Positions 9,335-19,367 are shown, numbered from the stretch's first letter. The stretch is 64,000 nt of DNA from Planctomycetota bacterium (GCA_016197205.1 JACPWG010000081.1:151657-215656); one strand, 5' to 3'. A program made the numbers and translations. Notes: a model not told the origin generated them from the letters alone.

Positions 9335-9871
9335 ATGCGAACGCTCGCGATCGACTACGGCGAGAAGAGGATCGGCCTGGCCCTCGCGGACACCCACGGC
9401 ATCCCGCTCGCGCTTCCGGTGCTTCTGCGGTCCACGCCCGAGCGCGACCTCGGCGCCCTCGCGCAGCTCGTCGAGGACCGGCGGATCGGGGACGTCGTCG
9501 TCGGGATGCCCCTCAACATGAGCGGCACCGTCGGCCCGCGGGCGCGTGCGACCTTGGAGTTCATGGACACCCTGCGCGCGGCCCTGGCCATTCCCGTGCA
9601 TTCGTTCGACGAGCGGCTGACCTCCGTGCAGGCGACGGGGATGCTGGCGGGGAGCGGACTTTCGCGGAAGCACAAGCGCTCGCACGTGAACACGGTGGCG
9701 GCGCAGCTCATTCTGGGCGGGTACCTCGAGGCGCGGGCGCGGGCGGAGGCACGGGCGGCCGCTAACGAGCGAGCGCGAATCGAGAGGGAAGGGGAGCAGG
9801 TCGAGGAAGCCGACGAGGCTGCCTCGGGGCCCGACGCTCCCTGGCCGGAAGAGAAGTCGGATGCGACCTGA
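9335..9871 (+). CDS. ruvX: Holliday junction resolvase-like / pre-16S rRNA nuclease RuvX (YqgF)
   Basis: MRTLAIDYGEKRIGLA, VVGMPLNMSG, FDERLTS. Confidence 0.9.
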   Translation: MRTLAIDYGEKRIGLALADTHGIPLALPVLLRSTPERDLGALAQLVEDRRIGDVVVGMPLNMSGTVGPRARATLEFMDTLRAALAIPVHSFDERLTSVQATGMLAGSGLSRKHKRSHVNTVAAQLILGGYLEARARAEARAAANERARIEREGEQVEEADEAASGPDAPWPEEKSDAT

Positions 9872-9925
9872 GCCGAGCCCCCCGAGGAACTCGGGCTGGG
9901 GCCACCCGCGGTCAGGAGAGAGGGA

Positions 9926-10177
9926 ATGAAAGAATCGGTGATCTACCAAGACATCTTCCAGGAGGGCCGGGACGAGGGCCTCACGCAGGGCCGCGACGAG
10001 GGCCGCGCCTTGGCCCGCAGGGAGGACGTGCTCCGCATTCTGGAGCGGCGGTTCAAGGGGATGCCGGAAGCGGCGCGCGCGAAGGTCTCTGCGGCGGCCG
10101 GAATCGAAGCCTTGGATCGGCTGTTCGACCTGGCTCTGGCCGCGCCATCGCTCCCGGATTTCCTCGCCCAGGCCTGA
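9926..10177 (+). CDS. Stand-alone C-terminal module of Rpn/DUF4351-type proteins
   Basis: MKESVIYQDIFQEGRDEG..QGRDEG..LRILERRF..L..LFDLAL..SL..FL pattern; GGAGAGAGGGA upstream of the ATG. Confidence 0.65.
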   Translation: MKESVIYQDIFQEGRDEGLTQGRDEGRALARREDVLRILERRFKGMPEAARAKVSAAAGIEALDRLFDLALAAPSLPDFLAQA

Positions 10178-10255
10178 CACGCCCTTCCCGCAACCGCTCC
10201 GGCGCATCCAGCTCAGGCCGAAGCCGCGCCCGCGCGCCCGACATTGCGCGGCCCC

Positions 10256-11272
10256 CTACCTCCCCCTGCCGTCCGGGGGCGACCCGCCGCCGGGCGCGCT
10301 CTCGGGCGCCGGCCCCGGGGGCAGCTCCGCCCCGAGCTTCGCACGCATCTTGGGCGCGTACGCCGCCGCCTTCTTGCCGAAGGGTGAGTCCGGGTAGTCG
10401 CGCGCCAGCCCTTCCATCGTCCCGAGCGCCTCCCTGCGCTTGTCGATGGCCCACTGGCAGTTCCCAAGCCAATAGAGCAGCTCCGGCACGTGCGCGTCCC
10501 GCGCGCCGGGGTCCAGCGCCCGCGCCCGGGCGAGCAGGGCCTCGCCGCGCACGTAGTCGCCCGCCTGCGCCGCCAGGAGTCCCAGCTCCGCCCGCGCCCG
10601 CACGCCCGCGCCCTGCTTCCCCTCGGGGTCCAGCTCCGCCGCCTTTTCCAGATGCGGCTTGCCCTCCGCCCCGCAGGCGACGTCGAGGTAGGCGAGCCCG
10701 AGCTCGAGCCGCGCCCGCGCGTCCTCCGGTCGCTCCTTCACCGCGCGCAAACGCTCCCGCAGACCCGGCACGCCGTCCACCAGGCCGCGGACCTTCTCCA
10801 GGAAAGTCTCCGGCGCGGTCACGCCCGCGATCCGGCCGTACGGCGTCCCTTCCGCGTCGAGCACGAGCAGCGTCGGGTGCCGCGCGACGTCATAGCGCTT
10901 TTCGAGATCGAGGCGCTCGAGGCCGTTCACTTGGAGCGCCACGAGCCGCCCCGTGACGAACTCCACCACCCGCGGGTCCGAATGCGCAGCCGCATCCTGG
11001 CGGGCGCACGCCTCTCAGCCCGGCGTGTGAAAATAGACCAGCAGGAGCTTCTCCCCGCCCCGCGCGCGCGCAAGCGCCTGCTCGTACGGTCCCTGCTCCC
11101 AGGCAATGCCCGCCGCGCACGCGAGTCGGACGGCGAAAAAAAGAACGCCTGCGAACGACAAGGCGCGGGTTGCCCGCGCTGCCGCAGGCCGTAGCGCTCG
11201 GCTGCGCCCAGGCGGGGGCGAGGGCGGGAGCGAGGGCGCGCGCGAAGGCGACGGCGGGGACGCGGTAGTCAT
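10256..11272 (-). CDS. Putative selenoprotein: exported thioredoxin-like (UxxC) domain plus TPR repeats
   Basis: ORFs 11015-11272 and 10256-10969 are in the same frame. Read-through gives KLLLVYFHTPG-TGA-EACARQD...YDVARHPTLLVLD (Trx fold). A hairpin follows the TGA. Confidence 0.75.
10983..11014 (-). promoter_or_regulatory. Candidate bacterial SECIS element
   Basis: After UGA: GAGGCG-UGCGC-CCGC-CAGGAU-GCGG-CU-GCGCA, a two-part stem with a G-containing loop; the GG begins 18 nt after UGA. Confidence 0.55.
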
Positions 11273-11346
11273 GCTCGAACTCCGTTCGCTGGAAGGGAAC
11301 CGTCGAGGAGGCCCGCGCCGATTGTACTGCCGGAGTCGGTCCGTTG

Positions 11347-11491
11347 GCGCCCGCGCAAGAATTACTTTACATTTTCGTGGATCGACCGATGCCTGGGGGC
11401 GCGGGCCACCCGCCCGCGCAGCGCGGCCCAGAGGGCCGCGCCCCCAGGAGCCTCGAGGTCCGAATCTGCGCAGTTATTTTTGCGCGGGCGC
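11347..11491. mobile_element. MITE family E, copy 1
   Basis: TIRs GCGCCCGCGCAAGAATTACT / AGTTATTTTTGCGCGGGCGC with TTG...TTG duplication; inverted homologue at 35998-36120. Confidence 0.85.
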
Positions 11492-11927
11492 TTGCAATTG
11501 CCGGCCGTTCAGCGCCGAACTCGCTCTCGGCCGAGCCGTGGACAACTGCGACTCCCCGATACTACCCAGGTCGGTAATTTGCGACCTATTCTCCGCCCCA
11601 TTTCCCACCGGTCGGGAATCGAAGTGCCCGATAATAATCTCCATTACCATTTGCGCTGATAGCGGTTATGGGAATTATTGGAAAAACGGGCACGAGGGAT
11701 CGCCGTTTGTGAGTGTCTTTTGCGGAAGCGTGAACATGAAAGACGAACAGGAGTCACCCCAAAAACAGAAGACACCTCCACAAAGCTCGACCCGGCGGTC
11801 CGATCCCCACCCGGACCGTCGGGTCGGGTGGGCTGGACTCAACCCGATACCATGATCCTCGGAGGGCCTGCGACAATACTCGGCGTTGTGAAGCGATCGT
11901 GCATGGGGAAAGTCAAGGCCCTCAAAT

Positions 11928-11963
11928 GCGGGGACCCTCGAAAGGGGGGCCCCGCTTTTGTTT
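11928..11963 (+). terminator. Rho-independent terminator
   Basis: GCGGGGACCCTC-GAAA-GGGGGCCCCGC hairpin followed by TTTTGTTT. Confidence 0.75.
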
Positions 11964-11994
11964 CTCGCGCGGCTGGGGGCTCGAGGGGGCCGCT

Positions 11995-13212
11995 TCAGGA
12001 AATGAGGGTGGGGGATTTCAGCACGTCCAGCACGACCGGGACCAGCTCGGGGTCGTACAGGGTGCCCATGCCCCGCGTCAGGATGACGATGATCGCGGCA
12101 GGGTCCCTCCGCGGGCGGTAGGGCCGGTCCGACGACATCCCGATCGCGGCCTCCGCCACCGCGAGAATGCGTCCGAGCAGCGGGATCTGCGCGCCCTTCA
12201 GCTTGTCCGGATACCCCGTGCCGTCGTAGCGCTCGTGGTGGGCACGCACCGCGGAAACGACGGCCGGCGGCAGGTCCATCCCTCGCAACAGCTCCGACCC
12301 CACGATCGGGTGTTGCTCCACCTGCGCCCTCTCCTCCGGCGTCAGCTCCCCTACCTTGCGCAGGATCTGCGCGGGCACCTTCACGTTGCCGATGTCGTGA
12401 AGCGTCGACGCCAGCGCCAGGCAGCCCTCTTGTTGCGGCGGCAACCGCATGGCGCGCGCCATGATCACCGCCAGTTCACGCACCCGCCGAGCATGCCCGT
12501 AGAACTCCCCGAACTCGAAAAGAGTCACCAGTCCCAGGACGACCCGGTGGAGCGCTTCCAGGCCGACCGTGTCGGCGCGCTCCCGCGCGAGCGTTGCGGC
12601 CTCGTCGGCGGGTACGAGCGTGCCGGAAACGGCGATTTCGGCGGTCTGCTCCAACTCCGTGCCCGACATCTCCGTCTTCAGGTCGGTGTCCACCTCGGAC
12701 ACCTCCGCGTCCGGAGGCAGCGCAGCGGACTTGATGCCCGCGTCGGAACCCGCGCCCGCGCTCGAGCCCGGACCGCCGCGCGCGGGCGTGGAAGCGGCCT
12801 TCTCCACGTCCCGAAGCTGGCGGGTAGGGGCGTGGCCCCGTCGCGTCGCCGTCTTCTTGCGGGCGGGCCGCTCGCCGGACGCTGAAGCGGCCGGCCTGGT
12901 GGGCGCCTCGGTCACCTGGAGCCGCAGCGTGATCCGGCCGATGCGGATGACGTCCCCGACCATGAGGCTGGCCTCGGTCACCTTCTTGCCGTTGACTAGG
13001 GTCCCGTTTCGGCTCCCCAGGTCGCGGACGACGACGCGATCGTCCACGCACGTGACCTCGCAGTGCCGCTTCGAGATCGAGGTCGAGTCGATCCGCAGCC
13101 GGCAGGTGTGGCTGCGACCGACGACGATCGGCCTGCCGTCCACCTCCACCCCCGTCCCCTTGGCCGGCCCGTCCAGCACGACCAGGCTCACGCCGTCTTC
13201 CGACACTTGCAC
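11995..13212 (-). CDS. FHA-domain HD-GYP phosphodiesterase
   Basis: FHA (VGRS..ISKRHC..DLGSRNGT) plus LHDIG and HHERYDGTGYP; GTG start preceded by GGAGG. Confidence 0.9.
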   Translation of the reverse strand: MQVSEDGVSLVVLDGPAKGTGVEVDGRPIVVGRSHTCRLRIDSTSISKRHCEVTCVDDRVVVRDLGSRNGTLVNGKKVTEASLMVGDVIRIGRITLRLQVTEAPTRPAASASGERPARKKTATRRGHAPTRQLRDVEKAASTPARGGPGSSAGAGSDAGIKSAALPPDAEVSEVDTDLKTEMSGTELEQTAEIAVSGTLVPADEAATLARERADTVGLEALHRVVLGLVTLFEFGEFYGHARRVRELAVIMARAMRLPPQQEGCLALASTLHDIGNVKVPAQILRKVGELTPEERAQVEQHPIVGSELLRGMDLPPAVVSAVRAHHERYDGTGYPDKLKGAQIPLLGRILAVAEAAIGMSSDRPYRPRRDPAAIIVILTRGMGTLYDPELVPVVLDVLKSPTLIS

Positions 13213-13367
13213 CTGTCCTCCACGGTCGCGTCGCGCTTGGCCCTTCGGTCGACGCCGACTATACCACGCGCTCTTCGGGGGCGGCAAGGGGGAATTCCCG
13301 CGTCGGTGCACGCCGCCGGTTTCGACTGGCCCACGCGCCCTTGTCCGGCTAGAATGGCGGAGAGCGA

Positions 13368-13453
13368 ATGGCCCGTTGACGAAGTCCAGACACGATGACT
13401 GGGGGCGCGGGCCTCCGGCTCGCGTCAGTCGCTCGAGTTTTCAAAGGACCGGC
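13368..13453. repeat. Repeat family D, short copy
   Basis: GGCCCGTTGACGAAGTCCAGACACGATGACTGGGGGCGCGGGCCTCCGG, shared with 37001 and 47110. Confidence 0.65.
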
Positions 13454-13454
13454 C

Positions 13455-14393
13455 ATGCAAGAAGAGTCCCCTCGCTCCCCGGGTCGCCTCGCCCGCTTCC
13501 AGATCGCGCTCACCCTCGCGGCGGCCGCGGTCATCCTCGTGGCGGCGTGGCGGACGTGGGGCGGACGCGCCGTCGACCAGGACCTGCGCACGCTCCGGTA
13601 CGCCCCGGACTGGAAGGAGCGGGCGAATGCCGCGCTCCGGCTCGGCCGCGGCAAGCGGCGCGAGGCGGTTCCCGGCCTTTTCACGGCCCTCGCGGACAAA
13701 TCCCTCCGCGTTAAAAAAAACTCTCTATGGGCGTTGAAGGAGCTGACCGGGCAGCCGTGGGGCCTCGAGGAGGACGAGTGCCGCGCGTGGTGGGAACGAA
13801 ACCGCGCGGACTTTCTCGCCGGCCGTTCGACGCCCGACCTCCCGCGGCCCGCGCCGCCGCCCGCGCATGCCGGCGAGCCCTGGCTGCAGGTCCAGCTGGG
13901 GCTCGGCGCCCCGCCCTCCGCATCGCCGGAGGCGCCGAGGCCGTCGATCGTGGCGCGCGTAACGCTTCGCAATCGCACCCAAGCGCAGCTCACCCTCGCC
14001 ACGCGCCCGGTCGAGGCGTACGACGCCCTCGAGTTCCTGCCGGGCGGACGCTTCGTCAGCGTCGCGGAGCCAGACGCGCCTCTCTCCTACGTGGAGGTGT
14101 CGGCCGAGGTGGTCGAGGCGGGCGGGCGAACCGTCGAGCTGCCCCAGAGCGCGAGCGCGGCCGGCCTCGCCCTCGCTCCGGGGGCCGAATTCGTGCTGGA
14201 GTTCGAGCTCCCCGTTCCGCAAGGCTGGACGCGGCTCCGCGCCCGCCTTCTCCCGGCGCTCGCGCTCCTCCAAAAGGGCGACGAGCTCGGCACCGAGCCG
14301 CTCGCCGCGCCCGCCATGGAGTGGCGTCCCCCAGCCCCACCCGCGCCCGTCCCTCCGGCGGATGGCGGCAGCGCCGCTCGTCGGCCCGGGTAG
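13455..14393 (+). CDS. Membrane-anchored HEAT-repeat protein
   Basis: TM segment, then ERANAALRLG..AVPGLFTALADKSLRV..ALKELTGQ..WW. Confidence 0.65.
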   Translation: MQEESPRSPGRLARFQIALTLAAAAVILVAAWRTWGGRAVDQDLRTLRYAPDWKERANAALRLGRGKRREAVPGLFTALADKSLRVKKNSLWALKELTGQPWGLEEDECRAWWERNRADFLAGRSTPDLPRPAPPPAHAGEPWLQVQLGLGAPPSASPEAPRPSIVARVTLRNRTQAQLTLATRPVEAYDALEFLPGGRFVSVAEPDAPLSYVEVSAEVVEAGGRTVELPQSASAAGLALAPGAEFVLEFELPVPQGWTRLRARLLPALALLQKGDELGTEPLAAPAMEWRPPAPPAPVPPADGGSAARRPG

Positions 14394-14406
14394 CTCGGAG
14401 ACCTCG

Positions 14407-17400
14407 ATGGCCGACCCGCCGTTCGAAAGCGATCGCAGCCCACCGGAGACTCCGCGACCGGGGCCGCCCTTCCCCATGCCCACGCTGCCCGGCGCCGATG
14501 CGCCGACACAGGTCGACTCCCGACCGGACGCCCAACGGACCCTCCCGGCCGCGCCCGGACTGCCGGAGGCGGTGGCGGCGGCCGGCCTGCGGCCTGATGG
14601 CCGGTTCGGCCGGTATCGGGTGCTCTGCCCGATCGGGTCCGGCGGCATGGGAACGGTCTGGAAGGCCGAGGACACCGACCTCGGCCGCGTCGTCGCCCTC
14701 AAGCTCATCAAGGGGGACGAATTCCCGGACGCCGAAACGCTCGGCCGATTCCTGCGCGAGGCGCAGCTCGCGGCCCGTCTTCACCACCCCGGCATCGTCG
14801 CGGTCCACGAGGTCGGCGTCGCCGAGGGCCGCCACTACCTCACGATGGATTGCGTCGAGGGGAGGACGCTCGACGCCTACCTGGTGGAGGGACGAACCGT
14901 GAGGGCCCTCGGGGCGAAGCGCGGAGCGGAGCGGCTGCGCGAAGAACTCGCCTGCCTCGCGGACGTCGCGGCGGCCGTGGGGTACGCGCATGCGGAAGGC
15001 GTCATCCATCGCGACCTCAAGCCCTCCAACGTGCTGCTCGACAAGGCCGGTCGCGCCTACGTGACGGACTTCGGCCTTGCGAAAGAAACGCCGGTCGCGG
15101 GCGGCGCCGCCGACTCGACGGCTGCGAAGCCGCTCTTGACACGCACGGGCCGCACCCTTGGCACTCCGTCGTACATGAGTCCGGAGCAGGCGGACGGCGA
15201 CCCGTCCCGGCTCGGCCCTCCGTGCGACGTATGGGCCCTTGGCGTCATCCTCTATCAAATCCTCACCGGCGCCCTGCCGTTCGAAGGGTCGGCGGACTAC
15301 GCGACCCTTTCGGCGGTCGTCCTCAAGGACCCGATCCCGCCGCGTCGCCGGGACCGGTACGTGCCGGACGAGCTGGAGAAGATCTGTTTGAAGGCCCTCG
15401 AGAAGAAGCCCGAGCGACGGTATCCGACCGCGACCGGGTTCGGCGACGATTTGCGGCGGTGGCTCCGCGGCGACCCGGTCGAGGCCCGCCGGCCCACGCT
15501 CACCCACCTCGCCTGGCGTTGGGCCGCGCGGCGCAAAGCCCTCCTCGCCCCGCTCGCCCTCGCCGGCGCGCTGGTCGTCGTCGCGCTCGCGGGGTGGCGG
15601 TACGAGCGCTCTCGAGCGGACGCGCAGTCGGGGTCCCTCGTCGCGGAGCTCGCGGCCTCGGTCGAGCGACTCGAGGACGCCCTGCGGCGGACCCCGGTCC
15701 CGCGCGAGGCGGCGCGCCTCCTCGCCCGGCAGCCCATCGGTCTTCTGGACAAGCTGATCGCTTCCGAGCCTCGGTCCGGCGCGGCCTATGCCTGGCGCGG
15801 TCGCTTGAACGATCTGCTCGGCAACGAACGGGAGGCGGACGCGGACTACGACCGGGGATGCGAGCTGTCGCCGGAGTCCACCCTCGTCTGGCTGCTGCGC
15901 GGCGTCCACCGATTGGACCGGTACGCGCGCTCCCGCGGGCTTCCGGCGGCCCTTCACCTCGGCACCCGGGTCGAGTTCGAGCGGCCGCGGCCGGAGACCG
16001 ACCAGGAGCGGTCGCTCCGTGAAAAAGGGCTTGTCCATCTCGCCCGCGTGGAGCTGGCGGCGGCGGCCGACCGCTCGGCGAACCCCGCCGACGTGCGCGT
16101 GGCGCGGGCCATGACCGCCCTGCACTCGGGCGGGCCCGCGGGCTGCGAAGAGGCCCTTGGCCTGCTGGAAGGACTCGCGGGCCCGAAAGTTTCAGAGCTG
16201 CGGGCGCTGTCGCTCTATCACCTGGGACACTTCGACGCGGCCGTGGCGGCGTTCGACGAGGTCATCCGCGAGTGGCCGGAGGAGCCGGACATCTGGCTCC
16301 AGCGCGCCGACGCATGGATGGGGCTGGCGGCCGGCGGGTCGGCGGGAAAGGTCCCTCCGAGCGGCTGCTGCCGGCGTGCGATCGCGGACCTTGGCGAGGA
16401 GCTGCGGCGCCGCCCGGAGCACGGGCAGGCCCTCGTGCGTCGGGGCATGGCCTGGCACGCGCTGGGCGAGTTGGAGGCGGCGGGCGGCAAGTCGCCGGAC
16501 GAGAGCTACGGGCGCGCGCTGCTCGACTACGACGCAGGGTTGAAGCGGGGCGGGGACCTCGATGGGGTCCTCAACAACCGGGGAAACGCGTGGGTGGCGC
16601 TGGCCGAGGCGCAGGCGGTGCGCGGTGAGGATCCCGCCGCGTCCCTTGCGAACGCGCTCGCGGACTTCGATCACGCGATCCGGGTGCGGCCGGACCTCGC
16701 GGTCGCGTACAGCAACCGATCGAACGTGCACCGGCACCTCGGCGAGCGGGAGGCCGCGCGCGGGCACGGGCCGCGGGAACACTATGCGCGCGCGCTCGCG
16801 GATGCCGAGGAGGCCGAGCGCCTCGCGCCGGACCGGGTGGTGGCGGCCGTTGGACATGGGAACGTCCTCCTGGCGATCGCCGGCTCCGAGTCGGAGGCGG
16901 GTGAGGATCCGCGCCCGACGTTGCGACGTGCGGTCGCCGCGTTCGAACGCGCGCTTCGCCTCGACGGCGAACTGGCGGCCGCCTACGTGAATCGCGGGAA
17001 TGCACACCACGCGCTCGGCAAGGAGGAGGCTGCGCGCGGCGAGGACCCTCGGCCGTCGTTCGGCCGCGCGCTCGAGGACTACACCGAGGGGATCCGACGG
17101 CTACCCGGGTCGGCCGCGGCCCACCTCAACCGTGGCCTGGTCTGGTGCCATCAGGCGGACGCGGAGGCCGCGCGCGGCGTGGATCCGGAGGCGTCGCTTC
17201 GGAGGTCGCTCGCCGATGGCGACGAGTCCCTGCGGTTGAATGCGCGCGATCCCGCCGCCTGGAGCAACCGCTGCCAGGTGCGCCACGCGCTGGCCCAGGT
17301 GGCGAAGGCGCACGGGGTCGATCCGGCGGCGGGCCTGCGGTCCGCGATCGCGGACGCGACCGAGGCGGTGCGGCTGAACCCGGAGCACGGCGCCGCGTAC

Positions 17401-17844
17401 GTTCATCGTGCGATCGCGGAGGATGCGCTGGCCGTCTCGGAGGCGGAGCACGGCCGGGAGGCGCGGGGGGAGGGCTTTGCGCGCGCGATCGCGGACTACG
17501 GCGAGGCGCTGAAGCGCAACCCCGCGGACGGTGCCTCGTACAACAACCGGGCTTCGGCCTGGCTGCATCTGGCGGAGCTGCGTTCGCAGGTGCGCGGCGG
17601 GGACTCGCGTGAAGCGTTTGCGCGTGCGGAGGCGGACGCGAAGGCCGCGGTGGAGCGGCATTGCCCGACGGCGCTCCTCATTCTTGGATGCGCGTATCGG
17701 CTGACCGGGCGCTACGAGGAGGCGATCGCCGCGTTCGAGGCGGCGGCGCGCGAGCTGCCGGCGCGTGCGGAGGAGGCCCGGCGGCAAATCGAGGCGACGC
17801 GTCGTCGGGCGGCGGGGGCGGGCGGGGGTGGCGGGGTGAGGTGA
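14407..17844 (+). CDS. Hanks-type Ser/Thr protein kinase with TM segment and TPR repeats
   Basis: GSGGMG, VALK, HRDLKPSN, DFG, GTPSYMSPEQ; many TPR-like NRG repeats. Confidence 0.93.
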   Translation: MADPPFESDRSPPETPRPGPPFPMPTLPGADAPTQVDSRPDAQRTLPAAPGLPEAVAAAGLRPDGRFGRYRVLCPIGSGGMGTVWKAEDTDLGRVVALKLIKGDEFPDAETLGRFLREAQLAARLHHPGIVAVHEVGVAEGRHYLTMDCVEGRTLDAYLVEGRTVRALGAKRGAERLREELACLADVAAAVGYAHAEGVIHRDLKPSNVLLDKAGRAYVTDFGLAKETPVAGGAADSTAAKPLLTRTGRTLGTPSYMSPEQADGDPSRLGPPCDVWALGVILYQILTGALPFEGSADYATLSAVVLKDPIPPRRRDRYVPDELEKICLKALEKKPERRYPTATGFGDDLRRWLRGDPVEARRPTLTHLAWRWAARRKALLAPLALAGALVVVALAGWRYERSRADAQSGSLVAELAASVERLEDALRRTPVPREAARLLARQPIGLLDKLIASEPRSGAAYAWRGRLNDLLGNEREADADYDRGCELSPESTLVWLLRGVHRLDRYARSRGLPAALHLGTRVEFERPRPETDQERSLREKGLVHLARVELAAAADRSANPADVRVARAMTALHSGGPAGCEEALGLLEGLAGPKVSELRALSLYHLGHFDAAVAAFDEVIREWPEEPDIWLQRADAWMGLAAGGSAGKVPPSGCCRRAIADLGEELRRRPEHGQALVRRGMAWHALGELEAAGGKSPDESYGRALLDYDAGLKRGGDLDGVLNNRGNAWVALAEAQAVRGEDPAASLANALADFDHAIRVRPDLAVAYSNRSNVHRHLGEREAARGHGPREHYARALADAEEAERLAPDRVVAAVGHGNVLLAIAGSESEAGEDPRPTLRRAVAAFERALRLDGELAAAYVNRGNAHHALGKEEAARGEDPRPSFGRALEDYTEGIRRLPGSAAAHLNRGLVWCHQADAEAARGVDPEASLRRSLADGDESLRLNARDPAAWSNRCQVRHALAQVAKAHGVDPAAGLRSAIADATEAVRLNPEHGAAYVHRAIAEDALAVSEAEHGREARGEGFARAIADYGEALKRNPADGASYNNRASAWLHLAELRSQVRGGDSREAFARAEADAKAAVERHCPTALLILGCAYRLTGRYEEAIAAFEAAARELPARAEEARRQIEATRRRAAGAGGGGGVR

Positions 17845-17996
17845 GGGGGCGGCGAGGCAACATAGCTTCGAACCCGGGGCAACAAGACGTGACGACTGTG
17901 CGGCGCTGAGAGGTCTTTTTTTACACAGAGGCGCAGAGACGCTGAGGACTTGTGATTTATGAGCGCGTCCTCACCACTTTGAATCCCTGCGGTGCG

Positions 17997-18512
17997 CTAT
18001 TCTATTGTGGTCTTGGGTGGCTTTTTGCCGAACCGTCGGCGGACGGTGCGCCAGGCCCAGGCAGCCGGGAGAATGCCCGACAGGCTGGCGAGGAGGCTGT
18101 AGGTTGTCCAGCCGAACCACCATTCCTCGGCCGTGAAGGACTTTCCCGTGATCGACTCGCAGTGGGAGTGGTGTTGGGCGCCGAAGCCGATCCAGGAGTC
18201 GTCCAGACCCTGCAGGAGCCCGCGAGCCTTCTCCAGCGCCGCGTGCGCCTCCCCCGACGCCGTAGGCAGGTCGCCCGTCGTGCGCAGGGCGCCGTAGATT
18301 TCCGTCGCCTCATCGAGACGTACATGGGCGCGGGAGATCCTCCCCCTCTCCGAGACCACCACGCGGGCCGACTTGGGGGCCTCGGAAAGCACCCATTCAT
18401 CGCGCGCGTACGAGCTGCGCACCCACATCCCCGTTGCCGCCAGGCACACCAGCAGCGAGGGGATGGCGAAGACCGCAAGGACCGCTGTCTTTGTGTTTCC
18501 GGCCGAATTCAT
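17997..18512 (-). CDS. Hypothetical two-TM membrane protein
   Basis: Hydrophobic N- and C-terminal segments with a W.RS motif after TM1; flanked by repeat DNA. Confidence 0.5.
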   Translation of the reverse strand: MNSAGNTKTAVLAVFAIPSLLVCLAATGMWVRSSYARDEWVLSEAPKSARVVVSERGRISRAHVRLDEATEIYGALRTTGDLPTASGEAHAALEKARGLLQGLDDSWIGFGAQHHSHCESITGKSFTAEEWWFGWTTYSLLASLSGILPAAWAWRTVRRRFGKKPPKTTIE

Positions 18513-18851
18513 TTCCCGATGCCTCACCGATCCAGGAGGGACTTTGGTTGAACCCCTCGGTTCCAAGGGCGCGGAGCGGGGCCTCTGGCGCCGAGGGTCT
18601 GATTCTACCGCGGAGGCGCGGACACGCTGAGGATTTTCGATCGATGAACGGTCCTCTGCGCCTCTGCGTTTCGTGAACCCTCCCTCACCGCTCCTGACCT
18701 TTCGCATTCGCGGAATGCCTTGAGCCCCAGAGCTCCCCTTGCCCCCCGCATTCCCACCCCCCCCTCCTGCCCGCCCCCTTCACAGCCCGCCCGATTCCCC
18801 GGCGACCCTGCCGAAAAGGTCGTCGCGCTTCCTGCGGTTCCTCCTTCGCCC

Positions 18852-18895
18852 TTGACCAAGGAGCCGTCATACTGTATTATATGCATTAGTACAGT
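18852..18895 (+). promoter_or_regulatory. Sigma70 promoter overlapped by a YtrA-type GntR operator
   Basis: TTGACC-17 bp-TATTAT; palindrome ACTGTATTATATGCATTAGTACAGT at 18871-18895. Confidence 0.8.
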
Positions 18896-18953
18896 TGTGA
18901 CCGCGCTGCCCCGGGCGCCCGGGGGAGAGGCGACACACGGTCGAGGAGCGTGC

Positions 18954-19367
18954 ATGCTCGAGCTGCGCATCGTCACGGGGAGCAACGTACCGCTCTACCA
19001 GCAGATCGTGGACCAGGTCCGCTGGGGCGTGGCGAGCGGCGCACACCCGGTCGGGACGCCCCTCCCGAGCGTGCGAGCGCTCGCCGAGCAGCTCGTGATC
19101 AATCCGAACACCGTCGCTCGCGCCTACGCCGACCTGGTGCGCGAGGGCGTGGTCGAGACCCGCGCCGGGAAAGGCTGCTTCGTCGCCGAGCCGCGCAAGG
19201 TTTATGCCGACGAGGAGCGCGAGCGGCGGCTGGACGCGGCCCTGGAGAGCTTTCTGAGCGAAGCGCTCTCCTTGGGGTATCGAGGGGCCGCGATCCGCTC
19301 CGCGGTGGAGCAGCGGCTTGCCCGCCTCGAGTCCCAGGGGGGAACGAGAAAGAGGGAACGACGATGA
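18954..19367 (+). CDS. GntR-family (YtrA subfamily) regulator
   Basis: PLYQQI..LPSVRALAEQLVINPNTVARAY..GKGCFV. Confidence 0.92.
   Translation: MLELRIVTGSNVPLYQQIVDQVRWGVASGAHPVGTPLPSVRALAEQLVINPNTVARAYADLVREGVVETRAGKGCFVAEPRKVYADEERERRLDAALESFLSEALSLGYRGAAIRSAVEQRLARLESQGGTRKRERR

Noticed and set aside
17850-18700. Integron cassette around the hypothetical gene (also 60019-60771)
   Set aside because: No convincing attC R''/R' boxes and no integrase; the flanks belong to dispersed repeat families
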